From a virus (taxonomy: Duplodnaviria; Caudoviricetes), in IMG/VR virus record IMGVR_UViG_3300025450_001231: a stretch of DNA of 64,000 nucleotides; one strand, written 5' to 3'. Of this stretch, positions 34,038 through 43,897 are shown piece after piece; the first letter of the stretch is position 1; the number at the start of each line of letters is the position of its first letter. Made by a program: the position numbers and the translations under genes. The notes beneath the pieces were generated by a model that had not been told where the DNA came from, did not search any database, and worked only from the letters and a program-made list of their open reading frames with translations.

Positions 34038-34781
34038 TTAAATCTCCTTGTAAATTTTTAATACTTCGATAACTGCTGGATGTCTTTGAATATCCTTGCC
34101 AGTTAACTCGACTCCGTCAACAAAGCGTGCTGCTTTGTAACTGTCAACTAATGCTTTGAAGTCTAATAGGCCATTGTCTAGGTCTGATCGGTCCGCTTGG
34201 CGAGTATCGCCAGTGACTATCATTTTACTACCTTCGCCGATCCGGGTTAACAGCATTTTCATTTGGTTAGGTGTCGCGTTTTGCATTTCGTCTGCAATAA
34301 TCCACGAATTCTTAAATGTCCGTCCCCGCATGAATGCCAGTGGAGATATCTCGATAATTTGTTCGTCTAGCATTCGGGCAATTTCTTTTCTATCGTAATA
34401 TTCAGCCAATACGTCAAATAAAGGCCTTGTCCACGGTTCCATCTTTTGATTCAAATCTCCAGGTAGAAATCCGTGCTGTTCATCATCTACACCTACTGCT
34501 GGTCTGGTTAGCACGATTTTGGTAATCGATCCTTCCTTTAGTGCTTTTATCCCAGCTAACATAGCCAACATAGTTTTACCTGTACCAGCTGGTCCTGTGG
34601 CAAAGACTATAATCTTTGTAGGATCAGTTAACAAATTAACGTATGTTTCTTGATTTAGGGTTTTTGGTAGCAGATGAACTTGACGTTTTTTGCTGCTATA
34701 GTAAGTGTTCAAACTTACAATTTTGTTGTCTACAACCATTTGTGCTTGTAGTTCTCTACGATTGCTGCTTTTTCTTGACAA
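34038..34781 (-). CDS. phoH: PhoH family ATPase (start moved to TTG 34781)
   Basis: GPAGTGKT, LTRPAV, GFLPGDL, LAFMRGRTF, DEMQN, GD..Q.D; GGAGG SD before TTG; minus-strand TAAATA at 34855-34850. Confidence 0.95.
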   Translation of the reverse strand: MSRKSSNRRELQAQMVVDNKIVSLNTYYSSKKRQVHLLPKTLNQETYVNLLTDPTKIIVFATGPAGTGKTMLAMLAGIKALKEGSITKIVLTRPAVGVDDEQHGFLPGDLNQKMEPWTRPLFDVLAEYYDRKEIARMLDEQIIEISPLAFMRGRTFKNSWIIADEMQNATPNQMKMLLTRIGEGSKMIVTGDTRQADRSDLDNGLLDFKALVDSYKAARFVDGVELTGKDIQRHPAVIEVLKIYKEI

Positions 34782-34971
34782 TGTGTCCTCCTGATTGGAT
34801 TGTGGACTTGGTGTTGTTAAAAGGACTGTAACAACACAATCCACGATAATATTTAAGACTATGAAAATAGAGCAATCAATAGCTATAATTCTTATTTTAC
34901 AGACATAAGTATTAAGCTCCGAGCAAACTTCTAAGAAACTACATCTGCTGTCAAAAATAATAAATAACTAT

Positions 34972-35526
34972 ATGGCCGCAAATATTAAAGATATCTTAGA
35001 TAACGTAAAAACCATCTATATGAGTGACAGCAGTTTAGAAACTCTGCTGGACTACGAACGTGTATTAGATGAGCTTGATCTCTATACTTTCAGTAACTGG
35101 AAAAAAGGCGAGCTGGTCAACGGCCCAGTATATGAAAAATACTTTGTAACCTGCACTTGGATGTATAACTTCAGAGAAATGCCTGATCCTGCAGGAGCAG
35201 AAAGACTATTAAATTATGGTTGCGAAATCAACTATAAAAAAGACACATTGGAATATCCTATCAAAGTTAAAAGTCCCGAAGACTTCAAACCTGGAACAAA
35301 AGTTCCACGTATGGTCAGCAAGCCAATTTGGCTAGTGGAAATTACCATTCCCAAACGTTTGATGAGTGACATACAACAGGGATCAATTGAATTAGAAAGC
35401 GAAACCCTGGATAGCGAAGAAATTGAAACCGCATACGAGCAAGGTGACGATGATGATGTTTTCCAAACCGCAAATAGCCCACAGGATCAAGCGCAACAAA
35501 CAGCGCCCAATATACCAAATGTCTAA
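34972..35526 (+). CDS. conserved hypothetical late protein
   Basis: TAAATA 34961; LLDYERVLDELD.Y..NW..GELV.GP. Confidence 0.7.
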   Translation: MAANIKDILDNVKTIYMSDSSLETLLDYERVLDELDLYTFSNWKKGELVNGPVYEKYFVTCTWMYNFREMPDPAGAERLLNYGCEINYKKDTLEYPIKVKSPEDFKPGTKVPRMVSKPIWLVEITIPKRLMSDIQQGSIELESETLDSEEIETAYEQGDDDDVFQTANSPQDQAQQTAPNIPNV

Positions 35527-36139
35527 ATTAGCTAAACTACTCGAGGGAGCAGAAAAGGGCGACTTGTTTAGAGTCGTTCATCCTAAACTTCACATTGACG
35601 AATTTAAGAGCAAAATGGGAAGTGACAGCAATATCATTGTTCTAAGTTTTAAGTTAACCAGCAAAGAACCCGCCAACGATTTGATGAATTTTATCGAACG
35701 TGGCTATCCTTGGGTATTGGATTCCGATGTTAGCTCAGGTGAATTAGATGACGGCGAGTATTTGGTATTTGTAGAACTAGAACGCGATCCCGAAGCTGCT
35801 GAACAAATAGTCAAGTTAATGAAGGATCTGCTTAATCTTACCAATCAAAAACTCAGTGACTGGCGTGTACAGTATCAAAAAAGCCGCGAAGAATACGAAA
35901 TCAGCGAAGAAAGTATTCGTACACACGTACCACTAACTCCCGAGTCGTATGATGCAAAATACAAGTCAGAAAAGGACGAAATCGAGTACGAAGTTCCTGA
36001 AATTAGTCCCGAAGATGAAGATGCCAAGTTCAACAAAGAACTAGAAGCAATGAAAGAATCCGCAAGGATTATTACACGTAAACAAGCACCAGTTAATGAC
36101 TGGACCAACAGTATCAGAGTAGCTGCCGGTTTGAAATAA
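35519..36139 (+). CDS. conserved hypothetical late protein (start moved to ATG 35519)
   Basis: LHIDEFKSKMGSD; starts MSKLAKLLE. Confidence 0.65.
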   Translation: MSKLAKLLEGAEKGDLFRVVHPKLHIDEFKSKMGSDSNIIVLSFKLTSKEPANDLMNFIERGYPWVLDSDVSSGELDDGEYLVFVELERDPEAAEQIVKLMKDLLNLTNQKLSDWRVQYQKSREEYEISEESIRTHVPLTPESYDAKYKSEKDEIEYEVPEISPEDEDAKFNKELEAMKESARIITRKQAPVNDWTNSIRVAAGLK

Positions 36140-36145
36140 GTTGGT

Positions 36146-36164
36146 TTGCTAAATACATTAGCAA
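36146..36164 (+). promoter_or_regulatory. late promoter TAAATA embedded in a 7-bp hairpin, upstream of lysis cassette
   Basis: TTGCTAA-ATACA-TTAGCAA. Confidence 0.7.
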
Positions 36165-36182
36165 CTGAACGTTCAAGGAGCA

Positions 36183-36821
36183 ATGATGGCTGACAGTTTT
36201 ACTTTCAATTTCACGCAAGACCAATTAAATCAAATAGTACCTGGCAATCCTTATATTGACCACTGGTACGAAGCATTTTGTAAAATACTTCCTGATTACG
36301 ATATCAATACTCCTGCACGTGTAGCAGCATTCTTGGCGCAGTGCGCACACGAAAGCAATGGCTTCAAGGCTATTAAGGAAAACTTAAACTATCGTCCAGA
36401 AAGTTTAATGGCCTTGTTTGGCAAACATTTTCCTGGTGGTTTAGCAGAAGCACAACAGTATGCGCACAATCAAGAAATGATTGCCAATAGAATTTATGCA
36501 AATCGTATGGGCAACGGAGACGAAGCATCAGGTGATGGATTTCGTTATTGCGGTCGTGGGCTAATTCAATTGACTGGTAAAAGTAATTACAAGCGTTTTG
36601 CAGAAAGCATTGATACACCATTGGAAGAAGTTACAGAATTCATGGGCACATTTGAAGGATGTATTCAAAGTGCTTGTTGGTTTTGGGAAACCAACAATTT
36701 GAATCGCTGGGCAGACCAAGGCGACATACTTACATTAACTAAAAAAATCAACGGCGGTACACTAGGGTTGGCAGAACGCCAAGCACACTATCAAAAAGCA
36801 GTTCAAGTACTAGGCGGTTAA
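36183..36821 (+). CDS. GH19 endolysin
   Basis: AAFLAQCAHES, ENLNY, GRGLIQLTGK.NY, SACWFW, TKKINGG. Confidence 0.92.
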   Translation: MMADSFTFNFTQDQLNQIVPGNPYIDHWYEAFCKILPDYDINTPARVAAFLAQCAHESNGFKAIKENLNYRPESLMALFGKHFPGGLAEAQQYAHNQEMIANRIYANRMGNGDEASGDGFRYCGRGLIQLTGKSNYKRFAESIDTPLEEVTEFMGTFEGCIQSACWFWETNNLNRWADQGDILTLTKKINGGTLGLAERQAHYQKAVQVLGG

Positions 36822-36822
36822 T

Positions 36823-37272
36823 ATGTGGATACTGAGTTTTTTGCCTGATAGTTTGCTGCAACTTGCAGTATATGGCACTATCATTGCAGGCGGCGTTTTG
36901 TATGCGGCCGGCTTACTAATGAATTTTTTACCTTGGTTAGTACCTTATAAAGAACCAGTACGTATTTTGAGTACTGTATTTTTGGTAGCCGGTGTATATT
37001 TTTATGGAAGTTACGACAATGAAATGAGTTGGCGTAAACGAGTAGAAGAAATTCAAGCAAAAGTAGCAGTGGCCGAAGAACAAAGCAAAACTGCAAATGT
37101 AAAAATCGATAATAAAATTCAAACTCGCACACAGGTTGTGCACGATGTCAAAGTTGTAGTCAAAGAACGTATTCGCGAAATAGCTGCAAAAGCTGATGCC
37201 GAGTGCAAAGTTGATCCAGAAATAGTTAAATCTTTGAATAAGGCTGCAGTAGGCACAAAGGATAGTCAATGA
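36823..37272 (+). CDS. inner-membrane spanin (i-spanin)-like protein
   Basis: N-terminal TMs then coiled coil, directly after endolysin. Confidence 0.7.
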   Translation: MWILSFLPDSLLQLAVYGTIIAGGVLYAAGLLMNFLPWLVPYKEPVRILSTVFLVAGVYFYGSYDNEMSWRKRVEEIQAKVAVAEEQSKTANVKIDNKIQTRTQVVHDVKVVVKERIREIAAKADAECKVDPEIVKSLNKAAVGTKDSQ

Positions 37273-37535
37273 AAAAATCAATCGTAGCATTAGTGGTGTT
37301 ATTAACAGGATGTGCAACTACTGTACCTGTTACTATGAAATTCCCCCAACGTCCTGAAACTTTATCTCAGTCTTGCCCAGACTTAAAAACCATACCCGAA
37401 GACACTGATAAAATCAGTGTGGTATCTGATGTAGTAGTTGATAACTATGCACAATATCGTGAATGTAAAATCAAAGTGGACGGTTGGTTAGAATGGTATG
37501 AAAATCAACGTAAGATTTTTGAAAGCATCAAATGA
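37269..37535 (+). CDS. outer-membrane spanin (o-spanin)-like lipoprotein
   Basis: lipobox LLTGC; Pro-rich; NY.QY..C. Confidence 0.75.
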   Translation: MKKSIVALVVLLTGCATTVPVTMKFPQRPETLSQSCPDLKTIPEDTDKISVVSDVVVDNYAQYRECKIKVDGWLEWYENQRKIFESIK

Positions 37536-37933
37536 AAAAATTACTAGTACTGTTGTCAATATTTGCATTAAACGGATGTGCTGTTTATGATGCTTACTTT
37601 ATGGCCAAATTTGATAACAACGAATACAAGTTAATAAACGACATCCGAACAAAAGCAAATCTAGGTGCAGCAAAATGCGGTACCGATGATGCAATTGTAG
37701 CAGTGGATGATTTATACAGAACTACAGTAGAATTTAGAAACTACGCAGAATATATTCCTCATAACGAAGAAGTTATAAGGTTAAGCAAAGAGTTCAGCGA
37801 AATGGCAAAAACATTCAGTGAACACTACCACACTACTCCCAAGGTTAGTACAACATACTGTACTATTAAATTTGGTAGTTTAGAGAAAAATGCGGTTATA
37901 GTACAAAACGTAGTTGGAAGGAAACCAAAATGA
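37532..37933 (+). CDS. lipoprotein
   Basis: lipobox ALNGC. Confidence 0.7.
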   Translation: MKKLLVLLSIFALNGCAVYDAYFMAKFDNNEYKLINDIRTKANLGAAKCGTDDAIVAVDDLYRTTVEFRNYAEYIPHNEEVIRLSKEFSEMAKTFSEHYHTTPKVSTTYCTIKFGSLEKNAVIVQNVVGRKPK

Positions 37934-38178
37934 GTTTAGAAACAGATTTGCACGCAATGAAAGACAGTGGAGATCCATTTTTAATGGATTTAGGAACCCA
38001 AGCAGAAAACATTAAAACAATGTTTGACAACGGAGAACTAACCAACAGTGAGTATTTAGATCTGTTAAACGATCTTATTAAGAGTAAAAATATAAATGAT
38101 GCGGTACAAGACCTTGCTGCCAAAGAAAGAGTCAACAGTATACTTAACGCATTAGTAACCTTAGCCAGCGTATCATAA
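37930..38178 (+). CDS. hypothetical protein
   Basis: 82-aa ORF coupled to lipoprotein. Confidence 0.55.
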   Translation: MSLETDLHAMKDSGDPFLMDLGTQAENIKTMFDNGELTNSEYLDLLNDLIKSKNINDAVQDLAAKERVNSILNALVTLASVS

Positions 38179-38192
38179 TAAAGGAGCACAAA

Positions 38193-38789
38193 ATGGCATT
38201 AATCGATAGCGTATTAAATCTAATCACAAAACAACCAAAAGATCCGGACGCACCAAAGCCACCAGTAGGTAGCCGTAGCGAACGTGAAGCCAAAATCAAA
38301 GACAAAGCAGGTATGGTAATCAGTGTATTTGCACTGATCCTAGCTGTTAACAGTTGGTACGGCGGAAAACTAAGCAGTATTACATTAAACAATACCATTG
38401 CAGCCAATGATGTGTGGAGTTTTTACGAAGCCAAGAGCATTAAACAAATTTTAGCTCAACAAAGTTTAGACGATGCGGTTGAGCGCCACCAAGATGAAAA
38501 AGCTGCAAAATTAAAAGCCAAAATTGATCGTTACGAAAGTGAACCCGAGACCGGTGACGGCAAAAAAGAACTAATGGACAAAGCACATAAACTAGAAGCC
38601 GAGCGTGACTATGCTAAAAAGCAAAGTCCTTGGATCGGTTTTGCCAGTACACTATACCAATTGAGTATCGTTGTATTATCAGCAAGTATTTTAGCTGTTA
38701 GTATGGAAATGTTCTGGGGAAGTTTCTTTGTTGCAGGATTAGGTTTATTGCTAAGTAGTCAAGGTGTTTGGCTTTGGTTACCAATTTAA
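38193..38789 (+). CDS. membrane protein (DUF4337-like)
   Basis: TM, N.WSFYEAKSIK, coiled coil, two C-terminal TMs. Confidence 0.7.
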   Translation: MALIDSVLNLITKQPKDPDAPKPPVGSRSEREAKIKDKAGMVISVFALILAVNSWYGGKLSSITLNNTIAANDVWSFYEAKSIKQILAQQSLDDAVERHQDEKAAKLKAKIDRYESEPETGDGKKELMDKAHKLEAERDYAKKQSPWIGFASTLYQLSIVVLSASILAVSMEMFWGSFFVAGLGLLLSSQGVWLWLPI

Positions 38790-38825
38790 CCAAAATTATA
38801 AATAACATATCAATCAGGAACTAAA

Positions 38826-39572
38826 ATGGCTGACCAAGATTATTGCGCACCAAGTGCTAGCGAAACAAAAAAAGAAGATTGGATGAACAGTAAATGGCGT
38901 CCAATGATGGGCTGGATGTATATGCTAGTCTGTACTATGGACTTTGTAGGATTCCCAGTATTGTGGAGTTTATTACAAATGATTAGTCATGGTAATGTAA
39001 GTAGCCAATGGCAACCATTGACTTTACAGGGTGCTGGATTATTTCATATTGCAATGGGTGCAGTTATCGGTATTAGTGCTTATGGACGTACACAGGAAAA
39101 ATTAGGCGGTGCGGCAGGACCTACTATGAGCTTTCCACAAGGCGCAGGGACAACTTATGTGCCACCTGGGCAGGGAATGGTCAATGTAAGCAATCAGCCT
39201 AATATGGGCAGTGGAATGGGCGGAGGGTTTGGAGGAAGCTCTAGTGGGTTTGGAGGAGCAAGTAATGGCGGATTCGGTTCATCAACAGGCGGCAGTTCAG
39301 CATTTGGCGCACCTTCGTCAGGAGGATTCGGCGCATCAACCGGTGGTTTTGGTTCACCAACAACACCCGCCCCAGCCGCAGGAGGCTTTGGCAGCAGTAC
39401 AGGCACTGGAACGGGAACGTTTGGGGCTAGTACAACACCAGCACCAGCAGCCGGAGGCTTCGGAGGGGGTTTTAATAGCGGGTGTGGAACAACAACTCCC
39501 GCAACTTCCGCCCCAGCGTTAAACGCTAAGGGCCAAAAGGTTGTTCCAACAGATCCAGATCCAATACTATAA
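38826..39572 (+). CDS. holin of the 3TM/gene-transfer-release type with FG-rich disordered tail
   Basis: KWRP.MGW.Y..VC..DF..FP, W.PLTLQG.GLFHIAMGA..G..A.GRT.EK; nine FG dipeptides in tail. Confidence 0.7.
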   Translation: MADQDYCAPSASETKKEDWMNSKWRPMMGWMYMLVCTMDFVGFPVLWSLLQMISHGNVSSQWQPLTLQGAGLFHIAMGAVIGISAYGRTQEKLGGAAGPTMSFPQGAGTTYVPPGQGMVNVSNQPNMGSGMGGGFGGSSSGFGGASNGGFGSSTGGSSAFGAPSSGGFGASTGGFGSPTTPAPAAGGFGSSTGTGTGTFGASTTPAPAAGGFGGGFNSGCGTTTPATSAPALNAKGQKVVPTDPDPIL

Positions 39573-39581
39573 AGGAAAATT

Positions 39582-39773
39582 ATGAAAAGTCTATTAATCG
39601 TTTTATTGTCAATGTCGTTAGGTGTAGCATTTGCAGAAACTACACCCGCAGTTCATAAAAAAGCCGAGACAACAAAAGCAGCTCCTGCAAAAAAAGCAGA
39701 AGCAGCTCCTGCAGTCAAGCATCATAAAAAAGTTGAAGGAACAGAAATTCCTTCTGCTCCAGCTAAAAAATAA
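39582..39773 (+). CDS. small exported Lys/Ala/Pro-rich protein
   Basis: signal peptide; AAPAKKAE repeats. Confidence 0.7.
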   Translation: MKSLLIVLLSMSLGVAFAETTPAVHKKAETTKAAPAKKAEAAPAVKHHKKVEGTEIPSAPAKK

Positions 39774-39794
39774 ATATCTTTAGCAAATGGTAAG

Positions 39795-39830
39795 AAGGCA
39801 GTTGACTACTGCCTTTTTTTATTGTATACT
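39795..39830 (+). terminator. intrinsic terminator overlapping a sigma70 promoter (-35 in the loop)
   Basis: AAGGCAGT-TGACT-ACTGCCTT-TTTTT; TTGACT-17-TATACT. Confidence 0.85.
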
Positions 39831-39836
39831 TTATCT

Positions 39837-40670
39837 ATGAATTACTATGAAACATTGGGTGTGCCAAATACTGCATCGGAAGATGAACTCAAAAGAGCTT
39901 ATCGAAAATTAGCCAGTCAGCATCATCCAGACAAAGGCGGAAATACTGCCAAGTTCCAGGAAATTCAAGAAGCTTATGCTACACTGAGTGATCCGCAAAA
40001 ACGTGCTCAATATGATAATCCTCAACCGCAAATGGGAGGGGTTCATTTTAATTTCAACGGTCATAATATAAACGATATATTCAGCCAATTTGGATTTAAT
40101 CCTTTTGGCGGCGGCGATCCTTTTGCCAATTTCAGACATCAGCAACAACGAAATAAAGATATACGGGCCAATTTAAGTGTGACGCTCGAAGATACACTAG
40201 CAGACAGGGAAAAACACCTAAACATTAGCACTGGCCCAGGACAAACACAAGAAGTTACTGTAACCATCCCACGTGGTATTACTCCACAGACCACAATCAA
40301 ATATCCTGGACTAGGTGAACAAGTATATCCAAATTTACCAAGAGGCGATCTATATCTTACTATAAATTTGATGACCAATTGGAAGTTTCAAACTGCTGGA
40401 TTAGACCTAATAACAGACTTGACATTAGACTGTTTTCAAGCTATACTAGGTAGTGAACAAACAGTAGTTGGCCTAGACGGAAAACAATTTGTAATCAAAA
40501 CACCCGCTGGTTGCCAACACGGTACCAAATTAAAAATTTCTGGTGAGGGCCTGTGGGGATTTCAACAAGACATCAAAGGACATTTATTTGCACGTGTTAA
40601 CATTACTATCCCAACCGATCTTTCGGAAGAAAAGGTAAGTATTATCCGTAATCAACTGCTCGCAGGTTAA
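39837..40670 (+). CDS. dnaJ: DnaJ-class co-chaperone lacking zinc finger (CbpA-like; start moved to ATG 39837)
   Basis: YYETLGV, HPD, G/F-rich linker, C-terminal domain. Confidence 0.92.
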   Translation: MNYYETLGVPNTASEDELKRAYRKLASQHHPDKGGNTAKFQEIQEAYATLSDPQKRAQYDNPQPQMGGVHFNFNGHNINDIFSQFGFNPFGGGDPFANFRHQQQRNKDIRANLSVTLEDTLADREKHLNISTGPGQTQEVTVTIPRGITPQTTIKYPGLGEQVYPNLPRGDLYLTINLMTNWKFQTAGLDLITDLTLDCFQAILGSEQTVVGLDGKQFVIKTPAGCQHGTKLKISGEGLWGFQQDIKGHLFARVNITIPTDLSEEKVSIIRNQLLAG

Positions 40671-40693
40671 ATATTTTATAACAACTAAATTAA

Positions 40694-42931
40694 ATGCTAC
40701 AAAACAATCCAGACATTGACTCTATTATCGAAGTTGCTACAAAAATAGCACAAAGTAAAAACCACGAATATGTAACCTTGGAACATTTATTGTTGTCTAT
40801 GGTAACGTATCAGCCATTTACAGAAACTCTATCATCATTTGGTTGTATTGTTGACGAAATGCAAAGAGAAATAGACACATATTTAGACAAACAAACATAT
40901 TTGAGCAACAAAGGGTTCGACCCGGTTCCCAAGAAAACTCATAGCCTAGAACGTGTATTCAACCGTGCATTCACACAGGTACTGTTCAGTGGCAGACAAA
41001 CAATGCAATTGGTTGATTTGTATTTGAGTTTAATGAACGAAGAACGCAGTCACGTAAGATACTTTTTACTCAAGTACGGAGTCGAGCGTGCTGCATTTGT
41101 GGAACATTGGAATAAAGTCAACGATTCACCTAAAGATGGAAAAAGCAAAAGGAGCAGATCTGCAGTGGACGGTATTTTAGAAGAACATTGCGAAAATCTA
41201 AACGAGCAAGCCGAGCGTGGGGAAATTGATCCTGTTATTGGTAGAGAGCTTGAAATCGAAGAAATCACACAGGTACTGGCTAAACGTAATAAATCAAATG
41301 TACTAATGGTAGGCGATCCTGGTGTAGGTAAAACTGCTATTGCAGAAGGCCTTGCACGTAATATTGTTAACGGCAATGTACCTGAATATTTGAAAGGGTT
41401 CGTAGTTTACAATTTAGATATTGGCAGTTTACTTGCTGGTAGTAAGTATCGCGGCGAATTCGAAGAAAAACTCAAGGATGTTATTCGTGCATTGAATACC
41501 AAAGGCAAGTGTATTTTGTTTATCGACGAAGCACATCAAATGAAAGGTGCAGGCGGCGGAGCACAAAGTAGTGTGGACTTTGCTAATATGATTAAACCAG
41601 CACTTACCAAAGGACGTATTAAAGTTATTGCTAGTACAACGTGGGAAGAATATACACAAAGTTTTGAAAAGGATCGTGCACTAATGCGCAGATTCTATAG
41701 ACTAACTGTAGAGGAACCTACCCCAGCGGTTGCTAAAGATATTCTTAAAGGATTGAAAGTGCATTTTGAAGCGTTTCACGGTGGTATGATTACCGATGAA
41801 GCCATTAACTCAGCAGTAGATCTCAGTGTGCGTTATCAAACAGACAAACGCTTGCCCGACAAGGCAATTGACTTAATCGATACTGCGGCTGCAAAACTTA
41901 AAATTGTTGCCCCAGACTTTATTGTACGCAAGAGTCATATTATCGATACACTCAGCAAGTTTACCAAGATTCCAGTGGATCAAATGGATCAACAGGGCAA
42001 CAATAGTTTAGAAAAATTGGAACCCAATATCAAAACTAAACTGTTTGGACAAGATGCTGCAGTAGATGCTGTATTAGATAAAATTTATGTAAGCCGTGCT
42101 GGACTTAAATCAATTAACAAGCCTGTGGGCAGTTTCTTGTTCTTGGGCCCAACAGGTACAGGTAAAACTGAACTTGCTAAATTGTTAGCCGAAAACTTAG
42201 GAATGAAACTGTTACGCTATGATATGAGTGAGTATCAAGAAAAGCACAGTATTGCCAAGTTGATTGGTGCACCTCCTGGATATATTGGCTACGATGATGG
42301 CAATATCGGTGGCGGATTACTGATCAGTGATGTTGAAAAGAATCCTAACTGTGTTATCTTATTTGATGAAATTGAAAAAGCACACACTGATGTCAGTAAC
42401 CTGTTGTTAAGTTTAATGGATGAGGGTATTATTACCAGCAGTAACGGCAAAAAAGCAGACTGCAGAAACGCCATTGTTATTTTAACCAGTAACTTAGGTG
42501 CTGCAGACGGGGAAAGAAATAGCATTGGCTTTGGTAGAGATCTTGAGCGCAAAGGCGAAGACGATAAAGCAGTTAAAGATTTCTTTAAGCCTGAGTTCCG
42601 TAATCGTTTGGATGCAATTATTAAGTTTAACAAGCTGAATAAAGAAAGCATTAAGAAAATTACTATTAGATTTATCAATGAGATGAATGACCTATTAGGC
42701 AACAAACAAATTACTGTTGCATTAACAGAAACAGCATACGATTATGTTATCAAAGAAGGTTTTGATAGTAAAATGGGTGCAAGACCATTGAATAGAAAAA
42801 TTAATGATTTAATTAAAACTCCGCTAAGTAAAAAGATACTATTTGAAAATATTTCAAACAGCATAATCAGAGTTGACTATACTGATAAAATTGAATTCCA
42901 TATTGAAAATCAATTTGCACCAACAACCTAA
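40694..42931 (+). CDS. clpA: ClpA-like AAA+ unfoldase
   Basis: HEYVTLEHLLL N-domain; GDPGVGKT and GPTGTGKT Walker A; no ClpB coiled-coil middle domain; 745 aa. Confidence 0.9.
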   Translation: MLQNNPDIDSIIEVATKIAQSKNHEYVTLEHLLLSMVTYQPFTETLSSFGCIVDEMQREIDTYLDKQTYLSNKGFDPVPKKTHSLERVFNRAFTQVLFSGRQTMQLVDLYLSLMNEERSHVRYFLLKYGVERAAFVEHWNKVNDSPKDGKSKRSRSAVDGILEEHCENLNEQAERGEIDPVIGRELEIEEITQVLAKRNKSNVLMVGDPGVGKTAIAEGLARNIVNGNVPEYLKGFVVYNLDIGSLLAGSKYRGEFEEKLKDVIRALNTKGKCILFIDEAHQMKGAGGGAQSSVDFANMIKPALTKGRIKVIASTTWEEYTQSFEKDRALMRRFYRLTVEEPTPAVAKDILKGLKVHFEAFHGGMITDEAINSAVDLSVRYQTDKRLPDKAIDLIDTAAAKLKIVAPDFIVRKSHIIDTLSKFTKIPVDQMDQQGNNSLEKLEPNIKTKLFGQDAAVDAVLDKIYVSRAGLKSINKPVGSFLFLGPTGTGKTELAKLLAENLGMKLLRYDMSEYQEKHSIAKLIGAPPGYIGYDDGNIGGGLLISDVEKNPNCVILFDEIEKAHTDVSNLLLSLMDEGIITSSNGKKADCRNAIVILTSNLGAADGERNSIGFGRDLERKGEDDKAVKDFFKPEFRNRLDAIIKFNKLNKESIKKITIRFINEMNDLLGNKQITVALTETAYDYVIKEGFDSKMGARPLNRKINDLIKTPLSKKILFENISNSIIRVDYTDKIEFHIENQFAPTT

Positions 42932-42940
42932 TAGACAGAA

Positions 42941-43678
42941 ATGGATAAATTGCACTGGACCCAATTAAATCCATCACTTGAAATTAAAAATACCAAGAAG
43001 AAGTTTTTCAATCGGTATCTTTATAAAGCAGTGGTGTTTATGCCAGCCGGTAGAATTATTCACGCGACTTCAAAAGAGTCAACTGACGCATTGTTGGAAA
43101 CAAGAAAAACCATTGCGTTTAGTAATAGAAATATAAATTGGGGCGGCAGTTGGCAAAAGCGTCAAGTTGAAACTATAATAAAACATCAAGGTTCAGCTGA
43201 ACAAATAGATTATTTTAGACAACTGACTATCAAATTAGGTGACGATTTTAAGTTTAGAATCGAAGAACCCTATATGTCTATATACGCACAAGATGAATCT
43301 GCTTTATATAAAATATTAATTTCGTCACCGTTGAAAGAACGAGTGACTGAATTTTATAGGCCTGAAAATCCCGAAGCTGAAAAAGTATTAAATCAAGGCG
43401 AAATCATTGTTAAAAGAAATACAGAGTACGAATACAAAGTTGTATTTCGTGAAATGTATTGGGGCAATGTAGCCGAAAAGAATCAAATATATGACTATTT
43501 AGAAAGTCTGGGCGATGTAGTTAAATTGACAAAAAGTTGTAGAAGTACACTTGCGTCAAAAAGATCCTGGTTTAACAGCATTTACTTTTATACCAAAGAT
43601 CCCAGCATATTGACATTCTTGAATTTGATTTCTCCGGGAATCGTATCAGGAATATATAAGCTGACGAAACTCGACTGA
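42941..43678 (+). CDS. hypothetical protein
   Basis: 245-aa ORF; KKKFFNRYLYK. Confidence 0.65.
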   Translation: MDKLHWTQLNPSLEIKNTKKKFFNRYLYKAVVFMPAGRIIHATSKESTDALLETRKTIAFSNRNINWGGSWQKRQVETIIKHQGSAEQIDYFRQLTIKLGDDFKFRIEEPYMSIYAQDESALYKILISSPLKERVTEFYRPENPEAEKVLNQGEIIVKRNTEYEYKVVFREMYWGNVAEKNQIYDYLESLGDVVKLTKSCRSTLASKRSWFNSIYFYTKDPSILTFLNLISPGIVSGIYKLTKLD

Positions 43679-43704
43679 TAAATATTTGTATATTCAAGGA
43701 GCCT

Positions 43705-43881
43705 ATGATGGCAAAAATCTACGAAGAATCAATTACGATTAAATTAAGTGTATTGGAAAAAGACAACACGATTGCCGACAGACAATCGCTAGTAACCGAC
43801 GACATTACATCTGCATTAGAATCAGTAGTGGAAGAACTATTAAACGACAAATCTGTTGTCGTTGAAGTATCAACAAATTAA
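43705..43881 (+). CDS. small hypothetical protein (58 aa, not in ORF track)
   Basis: TAAATA 43679, AAGGAG SD; MMAKIYEESITIKLS. Confidence 0.7.
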   Translation: MMAKIYEESITIKLSVLEKDNTIADRQSLVTDDITSALESVVEELLNDKSVVVEVSTN

Positions 43882-43897
43882 CCAAAGAAAGTAATCA

